64,000 nucleotides of DNA, taken from assembly GCF_036971445.1 (NCBI RefSeq), contig NC_091476.1, forward strand, positions 33,232,001 to 33,296,000, read 5' to 3'. Under the pieces are notes generated by a model. The model did not search any database. It was not told the origin of the DNA and saw only the letters and a list, made by a program, of their open reading frames with translations. Shown here one piece after another: positions 38,350-51,833 of the stretch. A program made the position numbers and the translations under genes. Within the stretch, counting starts at the first letter, position 1. Each line of letters starts with the position of its first letter. The DNA comes from Narcine bancroftii (lineage: Eukaryota).

Positions 38350-39822
38350 CTTTCTTTGGCTTGGCTTCGTGGACGAAGATTTATGGAGGGGGTAAAAAGT
38401 CCACGTCAGCTGCAGGCTCGTTTGTGGCTGACCAGTCCGATGCGGGACAGGCAGACACGATTGCAGCGGTTGCAAGGGAAAATTGGTTGGTTGGGGTTGG
38501 GTGTTGGGTTTTTCCTCCTTTGCCTTTTGTCAGTGAGGTGGGCTCTGCGGTCTTCTTCAAAGGAGGCTGCTGCCCGCCAAACTGTGAGGCGCCAAGATGC
38601 ACGGTTTGAGGCGTTATCAGCCCACTGGCGGTGGTCAATGTGGCAGGCACCAAGAGATTTCTTTAGGCAGTCCTTGTACCTTTTCTTTGGTGCACCTCTG
38701 TCACGGTGGCCAGTGGAGAGCTCGCCATATAATACGATCTTGGGAAGGCGATGGTCCTCCATTCTGGAGACGTGACCCATCCAGCGCAGCTGGATCTTCA
38801 GCAGCGTGGACTCGATGCTGTCGACCTCTGCCATCTCGAGTACCTCGCCGTTAGGGGTGTGAGCGCTCCAATGGATGTTGAGGATGGAGCGGAGACAACG
38901 CTGGTGGAAGCGTTCTAGGAGCCGTAGGTGGTGCCGGTAGAGGACCCATGATTCGGAGCCGAACAGGAGTGTGGGTATGACAACGGCTCTGTATACGCTT
39001 ATCTTTGTGAGGTTTTTCAGTTGGTTGTTTTTCCAGACTCTTTTGTGTAGTCTTCCAAAGGCGCTATTTGCCTTGGCGAGTCTGTTGTCTATCTCATTGT
39101 CGATCCTTGCATCTGATGAAATGGTGCAGCCGAGATAGGTAAACTGGTTGACCGTTTTGAGTTTTGTGTGCCCGATGGAGATGTGGGGGGGCTGGTAGTC
39201 ATGGTGGGGAGCTGGCTGATGGAGGACCTCAGTTTTCTTCAGGCTGACTTCCAGGCCAAACATTTTGGCAGTTTCCGCAAAGCAGGACGTCAAGCGCTGA
39301 AGAGCTGGCTCTGAATGGGCAACTAAAGCGGCATCATCTGCAAAGAGTAGTTCACGGACAAGTTTCTCTTGTGTCTTGGTGTGAGCTTGCAGGCGCCTCA
39401 GATTGAAGAGACTGCCATCCGTGCGGTACCGGATGTAAACAGCGTCTTCATTGTTGGGGTCTTTCATGGCTTGGTTCAGCATCATGCTGAAGAAGATTGA
39501 AAAGAGGGTTGGTGCGAGAACACAGCCTTGCTTCACGCCATTGTTAATGGAGAAGGGTTCAGAGAGCTCATTGCTGTATCTGACCCGACCTTGTTGGTTT
39601 TCGTGCAGTTGGATAATCATGTTGAGGAACTTTGGGGGACATCCGATGCGCTCTAGTATTTGCCAAAGCCCTTTCCTGCTCACGGTGTCGAAGGCTTTGT
39701 GTCGCTGAGAATATTCTCCCAGAATCACAGTGCGGCTTTCGCGCAAACAGAGGAACCACTGACATGGTCTTTGCCCTCAGACAGCTCCAAGAAAAGTGCA
39801 GAGAACAAAACAAAGGACTCTA
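38350..39822 (-). mobile_element. Young RTE copy 2, 5'-inverted
   Basis: Sense part 38350-39699 is an open ORF; inverted part 39699-39825. TSD CATGGAATTAT at 38339-38349 and 39823-39833. Confidence 0.95.
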
Positions 39823-40229
39823 CATGGAATTATACCACACAGATAAATAATCCTTTGGCACACCATCTGCATTCCAGCAATAAAGGACTATCATTTCTAG
39901 TCCCATATACAAGCACTTGATCCATGTCTTATCAAGTGAAATACTTTTCTAGATACTTTTTAAATGTTGTAAAAGACTCTGGCTTCAGTAACCCCTCAGA
40001 TGCGTGACCCAGATTCCAGCCCTCTCTGGATATAACAAATCTTCCCATTTTCTTACTCCTGATTTTAATTTGAAGCTTCTTTCTGTTTATCCTGTCTCAA
40101 ACATATTTCCCCTCATCCTCTCTCTCTCCATTCCCTGTGCATCCATTCTTTCCTCAAAATTAAAAGCTCCCATCCATGCTTCATGATGTTATTGAATGAG
40201 TTCTCTCCCTTACATTCTATGCCCTGTCT

Positions 40230-40640
40230 AATGAAGGCAAGATTCCTCGGGCTCAACATTGAATTTTTCATATTCAAATAACTTGCTCTATCTTTCAGTT
40301 TGCATTAGGAATGGCCATTCATATATGCCCTCCCTCTTCCTTTCTTTTTTCATATTCTGGCCTGATCAGCTTGTCCCACCAGGTTAGACATCACAGCAAT
40401 AGCAACACATGCCAAAGTCAATGAAGTTCAATTGTCCTTTCAAGGGCTGTCCACCATTTCACCCTATTGCAGAGACGCACTCTCTTCTCCACATTGCTCT
40501 CTTTCGGTGTCTCTATGATGTGACTAACTTGCTCAGTTCTTTTTCTCAGTTCTGGTTTCTCTTCCCACAGAAGTTGCTTGACTGGCTAATTACTTCCAGC
40601 ACTTTTGTTTTGGTTCAGATTCCAGCATCTACCATTTTAT
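40230..40640 (+). mobile_element. Old Penelope-like 3' remnant
   Basis: GGGCTCAACATTGAATTT (GLNIEF-like ORF end) and terminal TTCCAGCACTTTTGTTTTGGTTCAGATTCCAGCATC. Confidence 0.5.
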
Positions 40641-41979
40641 TTGTTTCCAAGATGAGTGATACAAATAAGTATTATTAATAAATACCATTAAGTCATTTGG
40701 AGAAAAGGCATAATTATATGGAACAAATGAAATATCTCTAATAGAGGGAATCTAAATGGCTTAATGAATTAATCTGAATTGTCTCATGTCAAAATGAATC
40801 CTGTCCCAAAGAAAAGCTTCCATTAACTTTCCTGCACTTATTTAATATCCCACTTTTACAAGTAACTTATTCTAAACTTTTATCATGGTTCTCCCTAAAA
40901 TTTCCAACTCTAACATCTTTCTCCTTTGTGAATGCAATTAGAAGTTTATACATTTCCGACTTCACCTGCATTGTCTGGCTCTGAACACAGATTACTTCAT
41001 GCCTCCTCAATGGGTTCTATTCATTTCCTGATAAACCCTATTGTGTTGAACATCATTATATAATTCTGCACACAAAAAGTGACATTTTCAGCTGGATATT
41101 CCAATTATTTTGCAGCACTGATGATGCTTAGAAAGACTTCAGAACCTTGCACCAAGCAACAGGCATTTTCAGAATTACATATTCTGATCATTTCAAATCA
41201 TGTTGCTAGCTGAATCTTAAAACAGTTAGACCATTATTGTTTGAAAGGATGGCCAGCTCACTCAAAATTGCATCAATTATATGCAAAACATTTTATGTTG
41301 CAAAAGCAGAACTAATTTAAATGGGAAAAAATACTTAATTTCCATTTAGTGAGGTCAATCTACAACTTTTGACACATTTGTATGACCTTTCTAAGAGCAT
41401 TATTATTCCACTGTTTTATTATTATTCCATCTTTTATTGTAAAGGACTTACAATCCATACATAATCACAATAAGAACCCTGCAATATTTTGCTTGTTGGC
41501 TGGTTCTACATTTCAGTCGGCACAGTATTTCTGTGATCTCTAATTTTTTTTGCTCAAACATGAGACAAATGTGCACCAACTGGATTACCATGTTGTTTTT
41601 TATGAGTAGATAAATCATAGTGGGTAGATAAACAGTAAAAACTTGGCCCCTTAAAAATCAGAAAATAAGGTGATGTCAGATGGAATACTGCCTGAGGATC
41701 ACTCAGCATGTGGAACAAACTAAGATCCACATACGGGAGTTATTTGCCTCTTCTTGTCAGTTGCTAAAGTTTTCCTTAATCCAGTGATTCAACTATTGCA
41801 GCCCCAACAATTTAATCAACACCATCTTTTTTCTTTTACTGTACCACTTCTACATTGTCTCCTACAAAGCAAAGGACTGCACAAGAGAGGAGGTGTTTGA
41901 TGAACAACTCCTGACAATCAAAATATTCAAATGGGGAAACCGTTAACATTTATCAGCATTCTTAAAAGTTGACAATGTG

Positions 41980-43150
41980 TTGTACTCCAACAACCTTTTG
42001 AAAGAAAGATAAAGGGTTAGAGATATGAGGTAGGGAAGAACAGTATTGTTGTGGAGTAGGTTTACATAGGTTGGTACCACATCATGGGCCGAAGCATCTA
42101 CACTCTACTGTGTTGCAATGATCTATCTTTTGAGCTAAACTGGAGTGCCACTAATATCCTTGCAGGGAGATATGCTTGTACATATACAGAAGTAGAAACT
42201 AGCTTGGCAGTGGGATGAAAACCAGAGCAGCAAGCTGCAAAAATCTTCCCTGAAGGGAACATTGAGGAGAAGGGAAAATTTAAGCCCAGTAAGTTTAATG
42301 GGAAGGACAAGCAGAGCCAGGTTTATAAACACTGAGGTACTGATTGGCTGTGTGTTTATTTCAAAGCAAGGGCTATTGTGGGTAAGGGAAATTAAAGATC
42401 ATCGGCATGGTTTATGGGGCAGGACAAGTCCTACAACCAATAGAAATTTTGAGGAGGTAATGCAGATGATTGATATCAGTAGGGCATTGGATATGGGCGA
42501 TGTAGATTTATAAAGCGTGTTTGACAAGATCTCTCATGGTTTACTGATTCAAATGATTAAACTCAGTAGATTGGATTCAAAAAATGGCCTGGCCATGGCT
42601 AACAGAGGATAGTGGTGTTTCTCTGACTAGATTTATATGGCCAGTGATGCTCATTATTGATCAGTGCTGGTTTCTGTGGTATCATGATACATATAATTAA
42701 TGAGGACATCAATGATCTAATAAAGCACAAAATTTTGAGGTGTAGTGATTGTATGGGAAAGCATCAGAGATGACAGATCAGTTGAATATATAAAGGAGAA
42801 ATGGCATGTGGAGTTAAATTTAGGCAAGTGTAATGTGTTGCAGAGAGATTAAATGTAAGGGGAATATATTCACTAAATAGCAAGATGCTTTGAATCATTG
42901 AATACATAGAGGTCTTGAGATGCAAGTCCATAGTTTCCTGAAAATGAAAACACAGATAGATAGGTGGTAAAGAAAGCATTCAGCATGCTTGCCTCATAGT
43001 TTAGGGCAGTGGGTATAAAAGCTGGCTGGTCAGGTTATTGCTGAATTATATCTGACATACAGGCAGATGGAATTAGTTGAATTTGGTACCATAGTCAGTA
43101 CAGACATCATGGACAAAAGTGTCTGTTCCTGTGCTGCACTAATCAATGTT
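41980..43150 (+). mobile_element. Two adjacent old CR1 remnants
   Basis: A CR1 tail ends about 42130, followed by a heavily deleted ORF2 (FDKISHG-like) and tail ending about 43150. Confidence 0.6.
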
Positions 43151-43199
43151 CCATTCATTCAATCATTCACTGGGGCCATTTTGCCATTCAGTTATATAA

Positions 43200-43690
43200 T
43201 TTGTAACTTTTGGTGACATTATCATAGGTAAAAGTTTGGGTTAATATAAGTAAATCCCCTAGAGCTTGTGCCCTCTTTGAAAATTTCTTCATCAGCCCTG
43301 AGCTCCCTCAAGAATCTTAGGATCGAAATTTCAGTCAATATTGGTCCACCATTAGTTGGGTACTCTTTCAACGCCTTACCTTTTTCCACTCCACTGATCC
43401 TGATATTACTGGATGGATTCCTCCCCAAAGCCTTTCCCTCACCAAATCCTGCCCCAATTTGTACAGCCTTCTGAAACTCCATTTCTTCAGAAACCATTTC
43501 AATTGACCTTATCTTCCCACAATGGGAAGATTCGTTCTCCTTATCCATTCTTCTTATCCTGCATGAAGTATGTACCTAATAATTTGATTGTCCATGTGGC
43601 TTTACAAACAAACTACAAAAACCTCCAATAATCTCGTACCCTTGGGTTTTTGATTATCTAAAACTGGCAGATATTCTGGCACATTGGATA
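43200..43690 (-). mobile_element. Possible old L1 ORF2 internal fragment
   Basis: SHCGKIRSIEMV resembles the L1 SLxGRIxxIKM motif. Confidence 0.35.
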
Positions 43691-43745
43691 TTATTTCCAT
43701 TAATATTTAAAAACATCTCTAATTCCATTTTTTTTAATGTTACAT

Positions 43746-44461
43746 CACTGGTTCTCAACTTTCTTTTCCCACTCACATACCATCTTAAGTAATCTCATTA
43801 ACCACAGAGCGCCTATGGCAAAGGATACCATAGGTGCCCTGTAGTTAGTAAGGGATTACTTAAGGCAGTATGTTTCCCTAGAACACTTCTACCAGCGTTG
43901 TCTCCGCTCCATCCTCAACATTCATTGGAACGACTTCATCCCAAACATCGAAGTACTCGAGATGGCAGAGGCCGACAGCATCGAATCCACACTGCTGAAG
44001 ATCCAACTGCGCTGGGTAGGTCACATCTCCAGAATGGAGGACCATCGCCTTCCCAAGATCGTGTTATATGGCGAGCTCTCCACTGGCCACCGTGACAGAG
44101 GTGCACCAAAGAAGAAGTACAAGGACTGCCTAAAGAAATCTCTTGGTGCCTGCCACATTGACCACCGCCAGTGGGCTGATATCGCCTCAAACCGTGCATC
44201 TTGGCGCCTCACAGTTCGGCGGGCAGCAACCTCCTTTGAAGATGACTGCAGAGCCAACCTCACTGACAAAAGACAAAGGAGGAAAAACCCAACGCCCAAC
44301 CCCAACCAACCAATTTTCCCTTGCAATGCTGAAACCGTGTCTGCCTGTCCCGCATTGGACTTGTCAACCACAAACGAGCCTGCAGCTGACGTGGACATTA
44401 CCCCTCCATAAATCTTCATCCGCGAAGCCAAGCCAAAGAAGAAAAAGTTTGAGAACCAGTG
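43746..44461. mobile_element. Palindromic hAT (Charlie-like) MITE, ~150 bp, interrupted by RTE copy 3
   Basis: TIRs CACTGGTTCTCAAC and TTTGAGAACCAGTG; 8-bp TSD TGTTACAT (43738) and TGTTACAC (44462); internal palindrome centred about 43822. Confidence 0.85.
43876..44447 (+). mobile_element. RTE copy 3 (older, 5'-truncated)
   Basis: Same family as 34305 and 38350 with more substitutions and a frameshift near 44325; tail AAGAAGAAAAAG. Confidence 0.92.
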
Positions 44462-44739
44462 TGTTACACAGTACTATAAGGCTTTTTCCATAGCAGCGTT
44501 GGAATGGGCCCTGATAGGTTTAAAGGGGGCATGAGATCAAAACCTCAGAGAGATTCAGGTAAGACAAATGCCAAACCATTGGGGTTTCCAGACTGTAAAG
44601 CAAAGGATAATCAGAGTTTCTCTGAACAATGTAAAACAAAAAAAAAGCAGCTAAACAATAGGAACTTAAAGCCATCTTTATTCCAAAATTCTGTCCATCT
44701 GATACAATTTAAAGAATGAATTTTGGATGTTTGCCTTTA

Positions 44740-45190
44740 CTTTCAAAGGAGACTTGGCATGTTGTCAAATACTCTGAGAAACCTCTGCAGGTATACTGTG
44801 GAATTTACACTGACTGGTCAATCACTACCTGACTTGGGCATTCAAATACCCAGGAACTCAGAAGGCTCCAGAAAATAGCAAACATAGTCAACTCAGTCAC
44901 AGGCACTGATCTCCCATCCACTGCAGACATCTATGTGAGAAACTGCTTCAAGAAAGCAGCCAGCATCTTAAAGGATCCCCATCATGCTGATCACAACCTC
45001 TTCTCACTGCTACATTTAGGCAGAAGATACAGAAGACCAGCACCTCAAGATTCAAGAGCAATTTCTTTCCAACAGCTATCAGGATCTTGGAACACCCCTT
45101 GTTACACTCATTAGGGTCTGCTCGACAGCACAAACAGACTGCCTGCACAATTGCAAAGCTACTTTTATTCTTGCCACCAGAGTTCACAAG
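44740..45190 (+). mobile_element. Rex-Babar LINE 3' fragment
   Basis: KKAASILKDPHHADHNLFSLLHLGRRYR..SRFKSNFFPTAIRIL. Confidence 0.75.
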
Positions 45191-46039
45191 CCACATCTCT
45201 GTTGGATGCATACATCTAATTCCACCATCTTTCCGTGAGACCTCCCTGACCATTTTACAGGCCATTAGTGGGAAACAAATGAAGCAATTACATAATTCAC
45301 TTACTTGAAGCTCATTCATGTTCCTACTCTGCCACCACCCAAGTGAACTTCAAACTTCAATCTCGCAGCACACATAAATTATATAATTTCTTGGCCATGA
45401 AGTTTTAAAGCATAGCAAGAGTTTTCAGGATGAAACTTTAATCAGATGAGTAGGAGGTTTTACGATCCTATTCTTTAAAATGCAAGGAAATATAACATGA
45501 TCATACCAACAGGTTGTTCGGAATAATTTGCAGAGATGTAAATTGAGCAAGAAATTTCAATTATGCTTTTATTCCTTTTGGTATAGACTCAGCTTTGGCA
45601 GTGGTGATATATCATCTCTTATTCTCCTCCCTTTCTTTTCACTCTGTTTATTTAATCAACACATTAAATGGAAAGATAATCCAGGGAGTACATTATGGTC
45701 CTGGATTTTAGTCCAATTATCAGTTCCTCAATATCATTTGGAAGAGACTAGGACATTTCTTTTAGGGATAATGATGGATGGTGCTGATCATATCCTTTAG
45801 TTCAGAGATATCTGATATTGTCTAAATCACTTCAGAGATCATCAGGATCTTTCTCCAATAGATTAAATTGCTGGAGAATAATATTCCAATCATTTTATTT
45901 TGCTCCATCATTTCCAAAATTCACAATTTCAAATGAGCATTACATTGAGGAGGTGTCTCTGAAAGTCTCTGCTGCACTGAGTTGAGGAAGGTAGCTCATA
46001 AGGAGCGATTAAACGGAAGAAACTTAAATTTTAATTTAA

Positions 46040-46287
46040 AAAGAATTTAGATATGCAGCATGGTAACAGGCCCTTTTGGCCCATAAGTCTGTGCTACCAA
46101 GTTTACACCCAATTAACCTATGGCCCTGGTAAGTTATGAATTGTGGGAGGAAACTGGAGCCCCTGGGGAAAACCCACGCAGATGTGGATAAAATGTACAA
46201 ACTCCTTACAAACAGGATTCGAACTTCAGTCCAGAATAATGGGTGCTTTTAAGGTGTTGCGCTAACCACTACACCAACCATGCCACC
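46040..46287 (-). mobile_element. V-SINE (HE1-like)
   Basis: Tail, V-domain GTGGGAGGAAACTGGAGCCCCTGGGGAAAACCCACGCAG and tRNA-like head. Confidence 0.88.
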
Positions 46288-47405
46288 CCTCACCCCCTCC
46301 CCCCCTCCCCCCCACTAACTGTTCTGTCCTGTTGGGATTGGGGATTGGTGGCTTTTGGAAATTTGGCTCTGGGGAAGAATTGAGGATTAGGTGGATCAAT
46401 CACAATAATTTTGAATGGTAGAGCAGGGTTGAGAGGCCTGACCACCTGATCCAGCTCCTATTTTTTTCTGCTTGTGTCACAAGAAATATCGTTTCAATAT
46501 ACTCTTAAAATAGAATTACTAATTAGACCACACGCTGAGAAAAGAAAATCCTAATGCAAATTCAAGTAGATAAGTAGAACAATCTTATGTAAACGATAGG
46601 CTCATCAATGACTCAGAAAGATGAAACAGCAATATGACATTGAGAGAACACTGATTGTTTTATAAATTCCATCGAAGCCATTTGTATGTCCTTTGACTGA
46701 TTGCTGCTGCAGTGCTCTCCAAAGGTTGACTGGACAGAAAAGAAATCATCATTTTTGGGGAGAAATTATAACATAAAATGATACATATTAGATGAAAAAA
46801 AACCCAATGTTTCCTAATATCCAAGGACACAAGAAGAATAGACTTATTCATTTTGAAACTTTGCATTAAATGTTTCATGTTACAATGCTATTATAAGGAA
46901 ATGAGCAATTAAGGGTAAAGGAACAATCTATGAAAATATTACATCTTGCAATTGGAAAAGAGTACACACCAGACTCATGACGTGAAGGAAATCCTGGAAC
47001 TCAAACTGCCTTGAGTGTGAAGGCAAGGAATTTAAGAACTTAATTAGCATTATTTGATGAAAATGTGGATTTTATTCTTCTACAGAATAGTGGAACATCC
47101 ATTACAGATTACTGAAACATTTTGTTGGAATCATTTAGCATTGCTCTATCAAATTCACTTCAAGCTATTGGGAAACATTATGCACCCATCTCTCTCCCAT
47201 ACTGTACTATCATTGGGAACACATGGGAGTAAACAGTGAACTCAACACAATATGCAAGAATTTACCAATGTAGAGGCATTAAATTATGCAATTTCCCAAA
47301 CTAAATACAATATTTGAAATTAAACATCTCACTATAAATATTGTGCGCATTATTGTCACACTTGTTTACACAATGTTTACAGGTTCATTAGCACTCAAGT
47401 GCCAA

Positions 47406-47805
47406 GATCGTATTATATGGCGAGCTCTCCACTGGCCACCGTGACAGAGGTGCACCAAAGAAAAGGTACAAGGACTGCCTAAAGAAATCTCTTGGTGCCT
47501 GCCACATTGACCACCGCCAGTGGGCTGATAACGCCTCAAACCGTGCATCTTGGCGCCTCACAGTTTGGCGGGCAGCAGCCTCCTTTGAAGAAGACCGCAG
47601 AGCCCACCTCACTGACAAAAGGCAAAGGAGGAAAAACCCAACACCCAACCCCAACCAACCAATTTTCCCTTGCAACCGCTGCAATCGTGTCTGCCTGTCC
47701 CGCATCGGACTGGTCAGCCACAAACGAGCCTGCAGCTGACGTGGACTTTTTTACCCCCTCCATAAATCTTCGTCCGCGAAGCCAAGCCAAAGAAAAAGAA
47801 AGAAA
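47406..47805 (+). mobile_element. Young RTE copy 4, simple 5' truncation
   Basis: 3' 400 bp of the family; TSD AGCACTCAAGTGCCAA at 47390-47405 and 47806-47821. Confidence 0.95.
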
Positions 47806-48334
47806 AGCACTCAAGTGCCAAACACATTGCATGTACAGCAATTAGAAGGACTATTTGTTTACAATCACACGAGTTCATTACTCACTGGGAGTTAAAATTG
47901 GATTTTAAGATTAAGATGTGTCAGAGTATAATCATTATTTTATTCTGTAGCCTTTAAAGAAGGTAACCTCTGTAATGGTGTTTCTATTTCATGCCATCAT
48001 ACATCAGTATATTTTCCAGACCAAGTTTCATCCTTATTTTCCTAGCTATTACATGAACCAAATCTATCTTCCACTTGCCCCTTTTACACAGAGCTTGAAA
48101 GTTTGGTTTTATGGCCTTTTGAGCGCTATGTGAAAGAATCGCAAGGTGGATTGGGGGTCTAGACTTACCCATCTTTGATCCACCTAAGTAGGCAGTCTTA
48201 GCGGTGGAACGTATTTGACTCATGGAACAGGCATTTTTCGGTTCGGTGTGAACTCACAAGCTACCTTCCTAAGATGGCTTTGCAGTTTAAAAGGGATTAC
48301 TAACTGCAGCAGCACAAGATTTTCTTCCATTTAA

Positions 48335-48560
48335 ATTTTGAGATACTCCACAGTATTAGAACCTTATGGCCCATGAGCTAACACTATGACATAATAATCC
48401 ACTAAGACTTGTCATGAATGTGGGAGAAACTGGAGCACTCGAAGGAAACCCAAATCATGGGGAGAACATATAAACTCTTTACAGATCGTGGCTGATTTGA
48501 AATCGAATCATTGGTGCTCAAATCATATTGCATGAACCTCTAGGAAACCAAGCCACCCAA
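48335..48560 (-). mobile_element. Old V-SINE
   Basis: TGTGGGAGAAACTGGAGCACTCGAAGGAAACCC V-domain. Confidence 0.7.
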
Positions 48561-48574
48561 ACAATACCTTTTTA

Positions 48575-49230
48575 TTACCTATGGCTTTCCCTTCACCACT
48601 TTCGAAGCAATCTCAACCACACCTCCTGTGTTTCCTAAATTTCTGCTCTCCCCAATCAGAATAAGGTGGGGATTCCATATTTCTTCACTTTTCATTCCAG
48701 TGGCACCAGCATTCAACAAATTATCCACCATAATATTTGCCACTTCAAAAAAAATTCCACCACTAGACACATCTTCTCCTCTTCTTCCCACCCACAACCC
48801 CTCCTCCCAGCCAAGTGAATAGCATATTCTTTCATCTGCTCCTTGGTCCATTCTTCCTTCTCTATTAATCACTTCTGATAATACTTCCCCATACCACCTG
48901 TAATTTTTATCTATTTCTTCCCAACATCCAGAGATCCAAATACTCGTTCCAATGAATCAGAAAATAACTCAGGGTTCTTCATATTTGCTATATTGTATCT
49001 GAAGGTCCTTTACTAAATTAGGACTGATCGACTTCTTTGCAAAACACCTCCCTTCAATCTGCAAGAATAACTGTGTATTCAGTATCCTGTCATGTGAATT
49101 TTCTATCCCATTCTGATTTGTCCTCAACCTGCTATATATCAAAGATATCCAATGATAGCTCTAAAAACAAAAACTCAACTGCCTACCAGGTAGGTTAGTC
49201 TAGGGACTTAACTTTGCATTCATCTTACTG
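48575..49230 (+). mobile_element. Penelope-like ORF remnant (linker/GIY-YIG region)
   Basis: QNKVGIPYFFTFHSSGTSIQQIIHHNICH...PTTRHIFS resembles the Penelope RVPLVLTFHP...RHIFP segment. Confidence 0.65.
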
Positions 49231-50061
49231 CCTTTATTTCTCCATTCTATCATCTCTTCCAGATGGGGGATCCCAGCCTCTACATAAAGTTCCCTTAGAG
49301 GTTGAAGATGCTTTTTGATCATTTGTGCATTTTGCTCAGCAGGTCAGAAAATGTTCCAAGCAGTTCTATATGTAATTGCATTTGTTACTGTAACATATGT
49401 TCTGACTTGAGTTTTCATTGGGATCCACGGAGGCAGTACAAATGTTCAATTGTTTTCCTCTCCAGTAACTTAACACACAATCTTCCATTTCTTTCTATCC
49501 TTATGGCCATCTGCTAGTCCTCTAGGATTCTCCACATGAAACATACGCCTCCAATCTATTATTTTCCATCCACATTACGGTATCTTGCACTTGACAAAGA
49601 GAAGCACAACGAAAAAGTATCACAACCCCCCCTCCCCCACCCACCCAACCCCCACAACTGTTGACAACATGCTTTGGAGTGGTAGGTCCTACTTCTTGAT
49701 ATGACAGGCATAAACCAATAGATAAGGGAAGCATAGCAATTGTGTGCTCTTAGGAGAAGCACTGAACTTGGAAGCAGACATGGAAAGGCAGTAATTACAT
49801 TACAATGACAGAAAGAAGCACAATAATGGACAGGAAAATACTCTCTCTTGTAGGCACATCTTTAGCCAGAGCCTGCCTGTGTGATCCTAATTAACCTACC
49901 ACAGAGAATTAAACAAGTACACTCAAATTCACAGAATTTCTTCCTGCACTCTTCTCAAAGTGAATGATGCAGTACTATGATTATTCAATTATGCAGCCAT
50001 CTCCAGGCAGTTTTTCTGCTCCGGTGTCTCCTGGTACTGAGGACATGGTTCCAATGCTCAC

Positions 50062-50420
50062 AACAGAATCACAGATTCACACTGCGAAAAACAAGCCCTT
50101 CAGCCCAATTCATCCATAGATTGTAAAGCCAAACTGGACTGATTTACACTGATTTGGCCTCAATATTTCTAAAGGTCTTTTAAACATTATAATTGAGTCC
50201 CGCTTTACAACTTACTCTGGAAACTCATTCACACTCTTTGTGTGAAGGAAATTGCTCCCCATTAAATATTTTCCAGTCACTTTAAACCTATGCCACCTTG
50301 ATTTGGGCTCCCCTACCCTGGGAAAAAGACTGCGACCATTCTCCTTATCTATGCCCCTCATCATTTTACCTATGTCAATGAGGTCATCCCTCAGCCTATA
50401 CTCCAGGTGGAAAAGTCTCT
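50062..50420 (-). mobile_element. CR1 3' fragment
   Basis: RLRDDLI..KMMRGIDK..SLFPRVGE; (CACAGAAT)n tail. Confidence 0.8.
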
Positions 50421-50867
50421 CCTTCAGTCCTTCTAACAATCCTTCTGGTGAATATTTTCTCATCAGCACATATATATTTGAATTGGAATCTGTAAATCTG
50501 TCATTCCTTTTCTCCGTTAAACTCCAAAGATAATATAAACACACACAAACACCTACTGTACCTGCTGGAGAGATTAGAGCCATGACAGGGACTCGAGGAG
50601 AAAAAGAATTAAAGAGGTAGTACTGCACCACCAATCATCATGGTTGCAGGAGAAAAACTTCACCTAGCAAGGAGCCACAAACTTTATCAACATAGGAGCC
50701 AGCTGGAGGGACCAATTTGCCTTCTCCAGCACCTATTTCAGATGTTTCTCTATCACACATTCACGATGCATTTGACATATTTACCAGGGTCACAATCAAA
50801 AACATAATTCAGTTTGCACTGGCATATACTGTATTTGCAGATGCTAGTTTAGTGATAACATGCTCAC

Positions 50868-51032
50868 CTTGAAGCCCATTGAGACCATGGAGATAGAAAT
50901 GGATACATCAACAGTGTGCGCTTGAACACCATTTTGCCATTTGACACTGATATTTGACACAAAGTAATCATTTAATCCTAAATACCTTTGGCTTCAGATA
51001 TTCTCTCCTTCTCAGATAAATTGTCGAGGTAT
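50868..51032 (-). other. Candidate 165-nt spliced exon (non-coding or 5' UTR plus start)
   Basis: Minus-strand acceptor TTTTTACTTTTCAG and donor AAG/GTGAGC in unique sequence; stops in all three frames. Confidence 0.25.
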
Positions 51033-51833
51033 CTGAAAAGTAAAAATATGCAGCAAATACAATCAACTGTCGAATGAAGAAAAAACTGCAGAACAATTGA
51101 TATTATTTCCCCAATTACACATAATATATTCGTATTCACAACATACTAGAATGAATGAATGTTGTAAATTTACTGCAGTCATGGAAAAAGGCAAAGTTCA
51201 GGGGGAAACAGTGCTACATTAAATAAATGAGAAGTAACAAGTCCAACAATGTGCACAATACAGCTAGCAGAGTGCAACATACATTATTAATGACAGTCTA
51301 TCGCGAAACCAAAAACAGTAACCGAGCAATGCAGTTTCATCAATTGTGCATGTAAACGAGTTGACCAGCAACATGTCCAACTTCTAATTCAATTAAAATC
51401 CATGGTAATTCTACATGCATATTAAGAAACAAAATAAAAACATGAAACTTTAAAAAGAAGATTGAAAATATAGATAATCATTAAATATATAGATCATTTT
51501 TATATTTTATTTCATATTTAATATGATTTTTTTGATGCAATGTTCACAGAAAAAGCTTTACATACTCGGAGAAGAGTGGATTTCCGTATTATCTGAATAT
51601 TTTATGAATTGACTTCTGCTGCTTGTCTCTGAAGTAAAATTATTATTCAGCACACTTGCTGCAAAAATTGCAAGTTTAATTTGGTTCATATCAGTTATGC
51701 CATGTATACTTGAGAAGTTCTGATATGCATGTTACGTTGAGAAAGAAATTCCTTGGAGATTATATCTTGGTAGATAAAAGAAGGACACATTAAATTTTAA
51801 TAGCATATTTTACTGATAATTAACTATTTGAAT

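Noticed and set aside
38406-39746. 446-aa ORF as an intact gene
   Set aside because: Its N-terminus is read from the inverted RTE segment; it is a truncated RTE RT with an accidental start.
46283-46315. C-rich tract (minus-strand G-quadruplex)
   Set aside because: Simple low-complexity expansion at a SINE edge with no evidence of function.
50868-50888. MVSMGFK resembles the N-terminus of LAPTM4A as recalled
   Set aside because: Only seven residues match, a splice donor follows, and no further LAPTM4-like exons are visible.
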